Source: a virus
Taxonomy: Duplodnaviria; Caudoviricetes
Direction: 5' to 3' (one strand)
DNA: 25,140 nucleotides
Virus record (IMG/VR): IMGVR_UViG_3300017785_007464
Coordinates: 1-25,140 of that record
In this document: positions 6,292 to 14,619 of the stretch, one piece after another
Layout of the letters: the number at the start of each line of letters is the position of its first letter
Numbering within the stretch: position 1 is the first letter of the stretch
Program-made: the position numbers and the translations under genes
The notes under the pieces: model-generated
Told to the model about the DNA's origin: nothing
What the model saw: only the letters and a program-made list of their open reading frames with translations
Databases searched by the model: none

Positions 6292-8775
6292 CTACACAAG
6301 GATGGCCCAGCGCGAACCATCTGGTACATCAACCGTAAATCCAGTTTGAATTTCTACTGGACCTTGGCTTAATCCGTTAAATCCATTACTTATCCCAAAG
6401 TCAACATCAATCACAATCTTGCTTTGCATAATTGTGGTGATGCCACCTCCACCGCCCCCACTTTGAGCAACCCAAGAAGTTGTACCGTTTCCATTGGTTT
6501 GTAAAACAAAACCGTTTGTACCAACAGTTGTTGGGAAGGAGAATAGACCCCTGGGGCGCACATCACCAGAACCGGTGACAAACGTAGTGCCACCAGCAAT
6601 AAATGTACTACCGGAAGAAGTGACAAATACGCCGGTCGTTGCTTGAACAATATTGCCGGTAACAGTTGCACCAGAAACCTGTGCTGTAAAGACTCCGTTT
6701 ACGCCTGTAATCTGGGTAACATTGGCAATCTCGCCTGTAATTGAAGTACCGGAGAGGGTAACAAAGTTTGCAGTCGTACCAGTAACGGTCGTTCCAGTAA
6801 TCGTCGTAAAACCTGCCGTGTTACCAGTCAGTGTTCCAAACTGACCTACATTACCCGTGACGGTAGCACCAGATAGATAAGTAAATAATCCACTGGTTGT
6901 AATTAAAACACCAAAGCTACCAACGGTGCCTTTAACCATGGCACCAGAAACTTCAACTCCGGTGATATTGGTTGCATTGACGTTGACAAAGTTAGCAGTA
7001 ATGCCGGTAACAGTCGTACCAGTAATCGTAGTGAAGCCTGCAGTTCCACCGGTTAGTGTCGTGAATTGAGCCAGGTTTCCAGTGATCGTTGCACCTGAAA
7101 CTTGACTTGTAAAGACACCAGAAACACCAGTGATGCTGGTCGCCTGAAGCGTTGTACCTGTAATGGTGGTACCACTTAAAGTTCCTGTGATTTGAACACC
7201 GGAACTAAAATAACCAGAGCCTTCAACCCTTAAGTTGCCGGATACAACAAGATCGCCAGTAACAGTATGAGATGCAGCAACCAGTGTTCCAAAGATTCCA
7301 CTTGTAAAGCGTGCAGTTCCACCAGTAACTGTCTGACCAGAAACCTGAGTTGTAAAGACGCCGCTAACAAAGTTTGCGGTGGTGCCTGTAACCGTGGTTC
7401 CAGTGACCGTTGTAAAGCCAGCGGTATTGCCAGTGACAGTACCGAAGAAACCATTGTTTCCTTGAATCGAAACACCAGAAACAGTCGTGGTTCCAATGAT
7501 GGTTCCACCTGTGATAACGCTTGCTTCTAGGCTGAGGAAACGTCCGTATTCACCGGTAACGTTTAAACCGGAAACCTGGGTTGTAAAGACGCCACTGACA
7601 AAGTTGGCAACAGAGCCAGTGACGGTCGTACCTGTGAGGGTTGTGAAGCCACCACCTGCTCCGGTAATAGTGATGCCACTGACACGACCGGTGACATTAA
7701 TCCCGGAGCTGAAATAACCAGAACCACGAACAATTAAATCACTGTTAACGGTTGCATTACCAGTGACGGTGATATTTTCTCGGACAATACCGGTGGTAAA
7801 GAATGCAGTAATTGCATTCAACGTTGTGAAGTTACCAGTATTACCTGTGACGGTTTGACCGGTAACTGTTGTGAAACCTGCAGTACCACCGGTAACCGTT
7901 GTGAATTGACCCGCACCGCCAGTGACAGTTGCACCAGAAACCTGGGTCGTACCAATGATGTTGACACCAGTTACGTTTGTAAACTGGGCATTGGTACCGG
8001 TAATGGTCGTACCGCTGACCGTACCAGTGATTTGAACGCCGGAGCTAAAGAAGCCCGATCCACGAACGATCAGATCACCACTAACGGTCGAGTTACCGGT
8101 GATGGTGTGGGAACCAGCGTTAAGGACCTGGAAGTTACCCGTCGTAAAGTTAGCTGTCGTGCCAGTGACTGTGGCTCCGGACAGTAATGTTGTGTAGATA
8201 CCAGTGATACCGGTTGCAGTACCAAAGGCACCAAAGTCGCCAGTGACCGTACCACCTCTGAGGTAGTTACTAAAGACACCAGAAACTGCAGCTAAGTTTC
8301 CAAAGTTACCCGTATTGCCGGTAACAGTTGCACCAGAGACAATGGTTGTAAACGTACCGGACACACCCGTCAGGGTGGTCACAGAAAAACTATTGGTTGT
8401 TAGTGTGTTTGCTGCAACGTTTGTTGCATTGACATTGGTACCCGTAATGGTGGTACCGCTGAACGTACCGGTAACGTTTGTTGTACCAGAGACGTAAAGA
8501 ATCCCAATATTCGTTGTATTGCTGACGTTCAGACCTGAAAGGGTCGTTTGATCTTGAACCGTCAGGTTGTCTTCAATAAGAACAGAACCGCTAACTGTGC
8601 CACCAGTGCGTGGCAGGTAGTAAACATTAAGGTACGCCTTGGTGCCAGATATCGTTAGCTTCTTGTTTTTAATCGCAGGGTCAACTTCACCGACATCCAC
8701 AACTGTCAGCAGATCTCCATCCGCTAACTGGATGCCGGCAAGTTCTTGTAGCTCGGATATACGCCTGTTGGCCAC
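6292..8775 (-). CDS. Long tail fibre protein with Thr/Gly beta-repeats
   Basis: GTG start. N-terminal anchor ANRRISEL...DGDLL.VVDV...NKKLTI, about 650 aa of TVTG/xF repeats, then GTNGFVLQTNGNGTTSW and a C-terminal GPVEIQTGFTVDVPDGSRWAIL. Confidence 0.85.
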   Translation of the reverse strand: MANRRISELQELAGIQLADGDLLTVVDVGEVDPAIKNKKLTISGTKAYLNVYYLPRTGGTVSGSVLIEDNLTVQDQTTLSGLNVSNTTNIGILYVSGTTNVTGTFSGTTITGTNVNATNVAANTLTTNSFSVTTLTGVSGTFTTIVSGATVTGNTGNFGNLAAVSGVFSNYLRGGTVTGDFGAFGTATGITGIYTTLLSGATVTGTTANFTTGNFQVLNAGSHTITGNSTVSGDLIVRGSGFFSSGVQITGTVSGTTITGTNAQFTNVTGVNIIGTTQVSGATVTGGAGQFTTVTGGTAGFTTVTGQTVTGNTGNFTTLNAITAFFTTGIVRENITVTGNATVNSDLIVRGSGYFSSGINVTGRVSGITITGAGGGFTTLTGTTVTGSVANFVSGVFTTQVSGLNVTGEYGRFLSLEASVITGGTIIGTTTVSGVSIQGNNGFFGTVTGNTAGFTTVTGTTVTGTTANFVSGVFTTQVSGQTVTGGTARFTSGIFGTLVAASHTVTGDLVVSGNLRVEGSGYFSSGVQITGTLSGTTITGTTLQATSITGVSGVFTSQVSGATITGNLAQFTTLTGGTAGFTTITGTTVTGITANFVNVNATNITGVEVSGAMVKGTVGSFGVLITTSGLFTYLSGATVTGNVGQFGTLTGNTAGFTTITGTTVTGTTANFVTLSGTSITGEIANVTQITGVNGVFTAQVSGATVTGNIVQATTGVFVTSSGSTFIAGGTTFVTGSGDVRPRGLFSFPTTVGTNGFVLQTNGNGTTSWVAQSGGGGGGITTIMQSKIVIDVDFGISNGFNGLSQGPVEIQTGFTVDVPDGSRWAILV

Positions 8776-8829
8776 CTATTAAATCACAAAAACCCCATAA
8801 AATGAATTATAGTCGCAGTGTGTCTAACC

Positions 8830-9201
8830 TCACCGAGCCTTGATTTCAATGCGAGGTAGGTGGTTGGATGCAAAGTTCCAGGCTGCCTGAACACCTGTGA
8901 CTAAGCCACAAGCAATCGCAAAGACAATAATGAGTTCAGCAACTGTCAAGTTGCGGCGCAGATAAATGACTTGCGCTTGAGGGGGCTGAAATACAGGAAC
9001 AGAAGGACGTGGTGCAACAGGAACCTCCTCTTGGGGAGCCATCTGTTGTTGCTGCTGCAGGATCGTCATTCGAATTGCTTCTTCCCGTGCACGAGCCTTC
9101 ATGGCTTCCAGCATTTCAGGGGTAATTCCCTGTGGGATAGGCGGCATTTGAGGTTGCTCACCAGGTTGGGGAGGGGTACTGGAAGGAATTTGTTCTTCCA
9201 T
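8830..9201 (-). CDS. Hypothetical membrane protein (Pro/Gln-rich N-terminus, one C-terminal TM helix)
   Basis: Likely start at ATG 9201 (MEEQIP). TM segment LTVAELIIVFAIACGLVTGV. Confidence 0.65.
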   Translation of the reverse strand: MEEQIPSSTPPQPGEQPQMPPIPQGITPEMLEAMKARAREEAIRMTILQQQQQMAPQEEVPVAPRPSVPVFQPPQAQVIYLRRNLTVAELIIVFAIACGLVTGVQAAWNFASNHLPRIEIKAR

Positions 9202-9243
9202 CGTGGTGCAAAAGATTTGCCCATACACTAGCATCTAACCAAA

Positions 9244-9678
9244 ATGTTTGCTGCCATGAAATACGGCCTGCGCAAAAGCCTGGAAGATATTGCGTTTGAA
9301 CTAAAGGGTATCAAGAACGTCCTTAGTTCCATGTGGCACAGCCGGTACTCAACCGGTGAAATTGATGTGTTGAATCCAGAGGCCTATGCCGATGAGTACA
9401 TCTCAACAGAAGAATGCGGTAAACGACTGGGGGTCTCCGATCAGACCATTCGTAATTGGATTGCCATCGGTCGGCGTGATCCAAATAAAGGATGGAAAGA
9501 AGGCATCCATTTTGTCAACGTCTCTCCTGATCCCAATCGTAAAGCTGTCCTTCGCGTGCCTTGGAACCAGCTGGTGCAGTCCTTCTCCAAGAACAGGGAC
9601 TTGGAATCAGGGGATCTAAGGGGTAAAGGTGACAGTGCTACCAAAATGTACAAAACAGATCGAGGCTTTCTCGAATAA
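9244..9678 (+). CDS. Helix-turn-helix DNA-binding protein (MerR/excisionase-like)
   Basis: YISTEECGKRLGVSDQTIRNWI...WKEGIHF. Start at 9244 or 9256. Confidence 0.75.
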   Translation: MFAAMKYGLRKSLEDIAFELKGIKNVLSSMWHSRYSTGEIDVLNPEAYADEYISTEECGKRLGVSDQTIRNWIAIGRRDPNKGWKEGIHFVNVSPDPNRKAVLRVPWNQLVQSFSKNRDLESGDLRGKGDSATKMYKTDRGFLE

Positions 9679-10148
9679 TGGCCCATCGATTCCGTGGAGT
9701 TGATGTCTCCTCCGTAACCATTGAGAATCACGAGCAACTTCTTCCGGAATCATTGATCCGGCAAGTTGAAATGTTCATACCGCCAGAAGGTTCGTTTGAT
9801 GACGGATGCTTGCAGCGGTACCTGGAGAACTTAAAGAATTATGAGGAGGAGGACGCCAACTCCGGCATGACCCTTGCCAACAGGTTGCGTCTAGCGTTCC
9901 AGGATTTACAGTCCGATACGATCTGCGGCAAATTTCCACAGGCCGAATTACCACTTAAGCGAAGACTGCGTTGCGTCGCTGAGTATCTGATTCGCTCTGG
10001 TGAATTTGACAAGGTACGGGATGAAGCTGGCAAGTTGGTGAAAAAACGTGGAGTCCTTGGTAAGCTTGTTGTCTTGTATCAACCGACCGAAAAGCTTCTA
10101 GAATCCCTACATCGTCAAGGATTGATTGAAAATGGTAAGCAGGCGTGA
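9678..10148 (+). CDS. Hypothetical protein, possibly winged-helix
   Basis: 156-aa ORF with TAATG coupling to the previous gene. The C-terminal helix + beta-hairpin pattern is only suggestive. Confidence 0.6.
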   Translation: MAHRFRGVDVSSVTIENHEQLLPESLIRQVEMFIPPEGSFDDGCLQRYLENLKNYEEEDANSGMTLANRLRLAFQDLQSDTICGKFPQAELPLKRRLRCVAEYLIRSGEFDKVRDEAGKLVKKRGVLGKLVVLYQPTEKLLESLHRQGLIENGKQA

Positions 10149-10518
10149 AAAGTTAATTGCTTCTGTTATTGGTCCAGAGCTGGATCAAACCAAGGCCCGG
10201 ATGCTTGATGCAACCATCAAGTTAATCCTTGGTGATATGGGAGAGCAGTATTGCAAGATGTGGGAACTGGAAGGGCCTGGTGTCATGGTCTTCCAACCAG
10301 AAAACAAAGAACGTTCCATGTTTTTCTGGACCCTCAAGGAAATTCATTCGGCACAGGAAGATTGTGAGCGTGGCAACGATGGTGACATGGCTGAAACCTT
10401 CCGTCGCATTCTCTCTGCTGCACAAAAGATTGACCCAACAGAAAAAGCAGGTTATGTCATTAATGACAAAGATGGCATCCGCTACTGCGAGATCGACTAC
10501 AACCAGGCGTCTAAGTAA
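10132..10518 (+). CDS. Hypothetical protein
   Basis: ATG at 10132. Sits in an operon with overlapping neighbours. Confidence 0.65.
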   Translation: MVSRREKLIASVIGPELDQTKARMLDATIKLILGDMGEQYCKMWELEGPGVMVFQPENKERSMFFWTLKEIHSAQEDCERGNDGDMAETFRRILSAAQKIDPTEKAGYVINDKDGIRYCEIDYNQASK

Positions 10519-11114
10519 TGAAAGAAGCTGGGGTCCGTGGTGTTAAGGCACGGTCGGAAGACTCTGAGTTGATCACAAACTCGGACTTGATCGTTGCTGC
10601 GAATGAAGTGATGGGTGGCATTGAGCTGGATGTTGCCAGTAGCAAGGTTGCCAATGAGTACGTTCAGGCACCTGCCTTCTTCACGCCATCGGATGATGGG
10701 TTGAATGCACAGCAGTGGTACGGGAATGTTTATTTGTTTCCGCCAGCGGGTGCATACTTTTGGGACATTAAACACGAACGATGGAAGATGACACGTGCAT
10801 CTTCTCCATCACTCACGTCTTCTCACGCCGTCTGGTTCAGAAAACTGTATCGGTCTTGGCTTGCAAAAGAAATCAAGCAAGCCATTTACTTTACCAATTG
10901 TCCGGACATGATCCGGTACGAGCCCAAGATCTTTAGCTTTCCTTTATGCATCTTGCGTGTTGCCCCTAGCTTATTGCGTCATAACAGTCAAGGAATTAAA
11001 CAGCACAGGACGTGCACTTCCATGGTTGTCTATCTTCCACCCACAGATTCGTCAGACGTGGCAGTCGAACGTTTCATTGACGTTTACTCAGAACGCGGGC
11101 ATATCCTGTCGTAA
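10518..11114 (+). CDS. Phage Dam-family N6-adenine methyltransferase-like protein with altered motif IV
   Basis: IELDVASS...A..FFT..DDGL.AQ.W.GNVYLFPP is the phage Dam layout, but NPPY is replaced by FPPA (10737-10748). Confidence 0.75.
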   Translation: MKEAGVRGVKARSEDSELITNSDLIVAANEVMGGIELDVASSKVANEYVQAPAFFTPSDDGLNAQQWYGNVYLFPPAGAYFWDIKHERWKMTRASSPSLTSSHAVWFRKLYRSWLAKEIKQAIYFTNCPDMIRYEPKIFSFPLCILRVAPSLLRHNSQGIKQHRTCTSMVVYLPPTDSSDVAVERFIDVYSERGHILS

Positions 11115-11147
11115 TTTCTGTATACTAAAAATCGAATGACAGGGACC

Positions 11148-11735
11148 ATGAGCGTTCTGGCCGACTGGGAAATCAAGCAGCTTGCAGAAGAAGAGGAAAT
11201 GATTGCTCCTTTTGTTGATCATCTGGTCAACAAAGAAGGGGGACGCAAGCTTCTTAGTTACGGCTTGAGCTCTTATGGGTATGACATCCGGCTTTCTCCA
11301 ACGCAATGCCTGATCTTTGGTAAGGTGCAAGCAGGGGATTGTGATCCCAAGAACTTTGATCCCGATATTTTGAAGCCAACTGACCTGTTGGAAGACGAAA
11401 GGGGACAATACTTCCTGCTGCCTCCGTACGGTTATTGCCTTGGTGTGGCGCAAGAACGTTTGAAATTACCAGGGGATGTCACCGTTGTGGCAGTCGGCAA
11501 ATCAACGTACGCACGTTCAGGAATCCTTGTTAACATCACGCCTGCTGAGAGCGGATGGGAAGGTTACCTAACACTTGAAATCAGTAACTGCACTGGCCTC
11601 TTCAATCGCATTTACGCCAATGAAGGCATCACACAGTTGCTTTTCTATCGGGGCAATCCCTGTCATGTAACTTACCAAGATCGCAAGGGTAAGTATCAAG
11701 ACCAACCAGATCGCGTCATTTTTTCTCAAGTCTGA
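11148..11735 (+). CDS. dcd: dCTP deaminase
   Basis: LSYGLSSYGYDIRL, GKSTYARSGILVNITPAESGWEGYLTLEISN, IYANEGITQLLF, YQDRKGKYQDQ. Confidence 0.95.
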   Translation: MSVLADWEIKQLAEEEEMIAPFVDHLVNKEGGRKLLSYGLSSYGYDIRLSPTQCLIFGKVQAGDCDPKNFDPDILKPTDLLEDERGQYFLLPPYGYCLGVAQERLKLPGDVTVVAVGKSTYARSGILVNITPAESGWEGYLTLEISNCTGLFNRIYANEGITQLLFYRGNPCHVTYQDRKGKYQDQPDRVIFSQV

Positions 11736-12161
11736 TCAAGAGAAAGCATCAAGATAGTTGTAAGCCCGGCCAGAATTTGGTTTGGGCTTATCAGCGTATC
11801 CAACAGCGCCACTCCTTCCACCCGAGTCACCGGTAGTCGGGAGTGATACACCTTGGATCGATGCAGGGACCCTGGGTGTCCTTCCACGAATCGTTGGTTC
11901 ATCAATACCAGCACGAAGCTTGTAGGCGCCAGCGGACTTTGCAGCCCTCATGAATTTGGCGACGCGGTCCTGATTGTCGTTTAACGACTCTGCCTGGAAC
12001 CGTTCATCTTGCGGCAAGCGGCGTAAGTCAGTGTCATACGCCTGCTCTGGGCGTAGGTCAGAAACTTCAGCGCCTGATGTACCAGCATCGGGGCGTGGAT
12101 CGTATCCGAAGTCAACCGGACTACGTTCCTCTCCTTCCCTTGGGTTATAGAATCTTGCCAT
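11736..12161 (-). CDS. Hypothetical protein
   Basis: Likely start at ATG 12161 (MARFYNP), preceded by TACAAT. The stop abuts the dcd stop. Confidence 0.65.
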   Translation of the reverse strand: MARFYNPREGEERSPVDFGYDPRPDAGTSGAEVSDLRPEQAYDTDLRRLPQDERFQAESLNDNQDRVAKFMRAAKSAGAYKLRAGIDEPTIRGRTPRVPASIQGVSLPTTGDSGGRSGAVGYADKPKPNSGRAYNYLDAFS

Positions 12162-12200
12162 AGTATCATTGTAAAAGGACTGAATCAACGATTAAATAAA

Positions 12201-12545
12201 ATGAACCACGCAGCTTCTTTCCTTGATGCGTTTGTTCAAGATGAGGTTATGTCTCGTTGTCTTGACGAAGGGGATTTCGGCCAAGCTCTCGACAACGAAG
12301 AAAATGATGTACCCTTGTATGACATGTACAACAGAGGTTTAGTTGCATGCGAACAAGGACTGGAAAGGAACCCGTTGTTCTTGGAGGGGATGAAGCGTCC
12401 CGGACTGACGGGCTTGATTCCCTCAATGGAGGAGGGACTAGCGATGGGAGCATCACCGAAGCCCCACTCTTTAGTTTTGGAACTGGAAGAGCCGGACGAG
12501 AAGGAGAAGATGCTGTCGGCGAAAAGACTTGGTTTGCGCCGGTAA
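12201..12545 (+). CDS. Hypothetical acidic protein
   Basis: 114-aa ORF with an AT-rich upstream region. Its 3' half overlaps the DUF3310 frame. Confidence 0.6.
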   Translation: MNHAASFLDAFVQDEVMSRCLDEGDFGQALDNEENDVPLYDMYNRGLVACEQGLERNPLFLEGMKRPGLTGLIPSMEEGLAMGASPKPHSLVLELEEPDEKEKMLSAKRLGLRR

Positions 12546-12889
12546 GCACTGCGTCTCCTGACGTATTGTCTTTTGGCGAATGCAAGGATGGTGTGTGCCC
12601 AGTGCCCTGGGCCACCAAGGCTTTAGATAATCCCATCTTTAAGTTTGACGGTCCTCCCGTCATTAAAGAGGATGAGGTCAACCATCCGTCTCATTACACT
12701 GATGGCACCATCGAGTGCATCGAAGCTATTGAGGCGGAACTGACTCCAGAGGAGTATCGCGGTTACCTCAAAGGCAATATTGCCAAATATATTTGGCGTG
12801 AACGCAGTAAGGGTGGTATCACTTCATTAAAAAAGGCCCAGTGGTATCTGGACCGTTTAGTGCAGTTTGACGAAATTCAGAACGGCTGA
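12347..12889 (+). CDS. DUF3310 / T7 gp1.7-like nucleotide kinase domain protein (start uncertain)
   Basis: VNHPSHYTDG.IECIEAI...GYLKGN..KY.WR...KGG...LKKAQWYLDRL, preceded by CKDGVCPVPW. Confidence 0.85.
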   Translation: MRTRTGKEPVVLGGDEASRTDGLDSLNGGGTSDGSITEAPLFSFGTGRAGREGEDAVGEKTWFAPVSTASPDVLSFGECKDGVCPVPWATKALDNPIFKFDGPPVIKEDEVNHPSHYTDGTIECIEAIEAELTPEEYRGYLKGNIAKYIWRERSKGGITSLKKAQWYLDRLVQFDEIQNG

Positions 12890-13170
12890 AGATCGTCGTC
12901 GTCCTCGTCCTCGTCGTCGCTGTACACACAAGCGGCGGCGAGTTCTGCTAGCTCTAGGTCTGTGGGCCAATCAACGTCAATATCAATGTTTTCACCTGCC
13001 ATGATGTCTTTGATGGCATGCCATTCCATCAGACGTTGGTGGTAGAGATTGAGAAGGGCGGAATACAGTTCTTCCCACGTCATCTCTTGGGCCTGGAGCT
13101 CGGCCTTGCGCATTGCAAATTGCAGCTCCAAAGGTAGCTCAAACTCCCGTGGTTCTACCGAACGCTCCAT
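12877..13170 (-). CDS. nblA: NblA-like phycobilisome degradation adaptor with acidic C-terminal extension
   Basis: ELPLELQFAMRKAELQAQEMTWEELYSALLNLYHQRLM...IKDIM fits the NblA pattern L.LEQ.F.......V..MS.E.....L..LY.Q. Start at 13170 or 13182. Confidence 0.7.
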   Translation of the reverse strand: MERSVEPREFELPLELQFAMRKAELQAQEMTWEELYSALLNLYHQRLMEWHAIKDIMAGENIDIDVDWPTDLELAELAAACVYSDDEDEDDDDLQPF

Positions 13171-13206
13171 GCCACTCTGCATTAATTCCTAGCAATTATT
13201 CTAATG

Positions 13207-13866
13207 CTAGCTGTTAAACAGCAGATCGAGCTCCTCTGACGCAAAGGTGCACCAAGGGTCTTCGTCAATATCAAAGTCGTTGGCGAACTTGGATAGGACG
13301 TAAGGATTGATGTGTTCCTCCAGGGAGCGGATCGCTCTGACCTGGTGGGGAGCAGCGGTGTAATTACGGAAAGCTGCAAGCAAGATCTCTGTTGAGGACC
13401 AGGGGTTGGCTTCCACTTCTGCAAGGAACAGACTGATCTCTTCCCGTCGCCTGTCTACAAGAGTGCCGACAACGGAATGGTTTTGATCAAAGATCCACTG
13501 CCCCATTTCCTTGGTGGCATCACAGAAATCTTCCCGTTCGATGCAATCGATTACATTGCTGTAGAGAAAGGGCTCCCATCCGATGGAATGGATGAAAGAG
13601 ATCAGTGCTTGGCGCATGCTGTCATCAAGCCCCAGGTTTAGCTTGATCAGCTGGGTATCGATGATAGAAGCTTCGTGGAATAAATACTCCAGTGCTTTTT
13701 CTTTACTGCAACACTGACCACGTTTTACAGGAGAACCATCGGGGTAGAACTGAGTTCCAAACCCGATGGTGTAGGGCTCTTCTCCTGTGACGGGATCTGC
13801 GTACGCCTTCTCATTGAACCCTTCGTGTTTACGAATAAGGTTAATCGCACGCGAAAGATCCGACAT
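13207..13866 (-). CDS. GH24 (T4-type) lysozyme with C-terminal PHQ module
   Basis: HEGFNEKAYADP.....YTIGFG catalytic region, ALISF...G, LVDRRREE..LF. Start at ATG 13866. Confidence 0.9.
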   Translation of the reverse strand: MSDLSRAINLIRKHEGFNEKAYADPVTGEEPYTIGFGTQFYPDGSPVKRGQCCSKEKALEYLFHEASIIDTQLIKLNLGLDDSMRQALISFIHSIGWEPFLYSNVIDCIEREDFCDATKEMGQWIFDQNHSVVGTLVDRRREEISLFLAEVEANPWSSTEILLAAFRNYTAAPHQVRAIRSLEEHINPYVLSKFANDFDIDEDPWCTFASEELDLLFNS

Positions 13867-13895
13867 GGAGGTAACTATTATTACCTCCAATCATA
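13866..13895 (-). promoter_or_regulatory. -10 box (TATGAT) followed by a 9-bp hairpin that ends on the A of the lysozyme ATG
   Basis: Minus strand: TATGAT-TGGAGGTAA-taatag-TTACCTCCA-TG. Confidence 0.7.
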
Positions 13896-13901
13896 CACAA
13901 A

Positions 13902-14024
13902 TTATTTACCCTGACCGCGACTGAGTTTACGGCCATGACTGGGTAAGGAATTACGCCCGTTACCTTGACGGGTTTTCTTGGGCTTGGACTCAAGTCGGAC
14001 TGTGGTTGATTTGGGTTTTGCCAT
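13902..14024 (-). CDS. Small basic phage protein (40 aa)
   Basis: MAKPKSTTVRLESKPKKTRQGNGRNSLPSHGRKLSRGQGK. The KPKKTRQG...RGQGK pattern is familiar from cyanophage small proteins. Not in the ORF track. Confidence 0.75.
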   Translation of the reverse strand: MAKPKSTTVRLESKPKKTRQGNGRNSLPSHGRKLSRGQGK

Positions 14025-14050
14025 GCCGGTAAGGAATCAGCCCACGCAGC

Positions 14051-14317
14051 TTAGCGTGATACTGCCTGTAGGACAACTTTTTTGATATCGTCGGAATAGT
14101 TCGATTGCATTAAATCTTCAGTTCTAAATGGATATTGAAAGTCTAAAAGAGCACGCTGCAACCGAGGATCGTTTGTTCCTAAGGCTAATTGGTGCATTTT
14201 TTGTTGATTAGGAAAATGCTCAGGGGTATAACCTGGCTCCATGGAAAATGCAGGTAACAAAGATTGGTTCAAAGGAAGACCATCTATTGTCTGCATGTGT
14301 TTACCTGCTAATTGCAT
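14051..14317 (-). CDS. Hypothetical protein
   Basis: ~88-aa ORF coupled (TGATG) to the upstream gene. Confidence 0.6.
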   Translation of the reverse strand: MQLAGKHMQTIDGLPLNQSLLPAFSMEPGYTPEHFPNQQKMHQLALGTNDPRLQRALLDFQYPFRTEDLMQSNYSDDIKKVVLQAVSR

Positions 14318-14619
14318 CACCACTTCACCTTGTGACTCCAGTACCGTGCTGACATTTTATCTGGATTGGGATCCTGGGCGTTATGACGGGCGTAGTACGA
14401 CTTCTTACGTGCCTTGTCCTTAGCTGTCGTTGGGTTCTTGCCAGCGCCTTCCACACCTTGCTGGCCAAAGCGTACGATCTTTTCTTCGCCGCCTTCGCAA
14501 GCTTTGACCACATGACTCTTGGTTGGGTGACCAGGGGTCTTCTGTGGCTTATTGCAAGCCATCTTATCTTTGGCAATCTTGGCTGCACCAGCAGCTTTAC
14601 GGTGTTTCTCAGACATCAA
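14317..14619 (-). CDS. Conserved basic viral protein of unknown function
   Basis: HPTKSHVV.A......K.VRFGQQG...ARKKSYYARH...KMSARYWS.KVKW pattern. Confidence 0.8.
   Translation of the reverse strand: MMSEKHRKAAGAAKIAKDKMACNKPQKTPGHPTKSHVVKACEGGEEKIVRFGQQGVEGAGKNPTTAKDKARKKSYYARHNAQDPNPDKMSARYWSHKVKW

Noticed and set aside
4645-8497. Many alternative-frame or antisense ORFs (Pro-rich, Val/Pro-rich) over the fibre genes
   Set aside because: By-products of Gly/Thr codon repeats that lack stops in other frames.
5770-8560. CRISPR array or DGR template/variable repeats
   Set aside because: The repeats are in-frame protein repeats with synonymous divergence. There is no constant repeat-spacer pattern, no adenine-specific variation noticed and no reverse transcriptase in the window.
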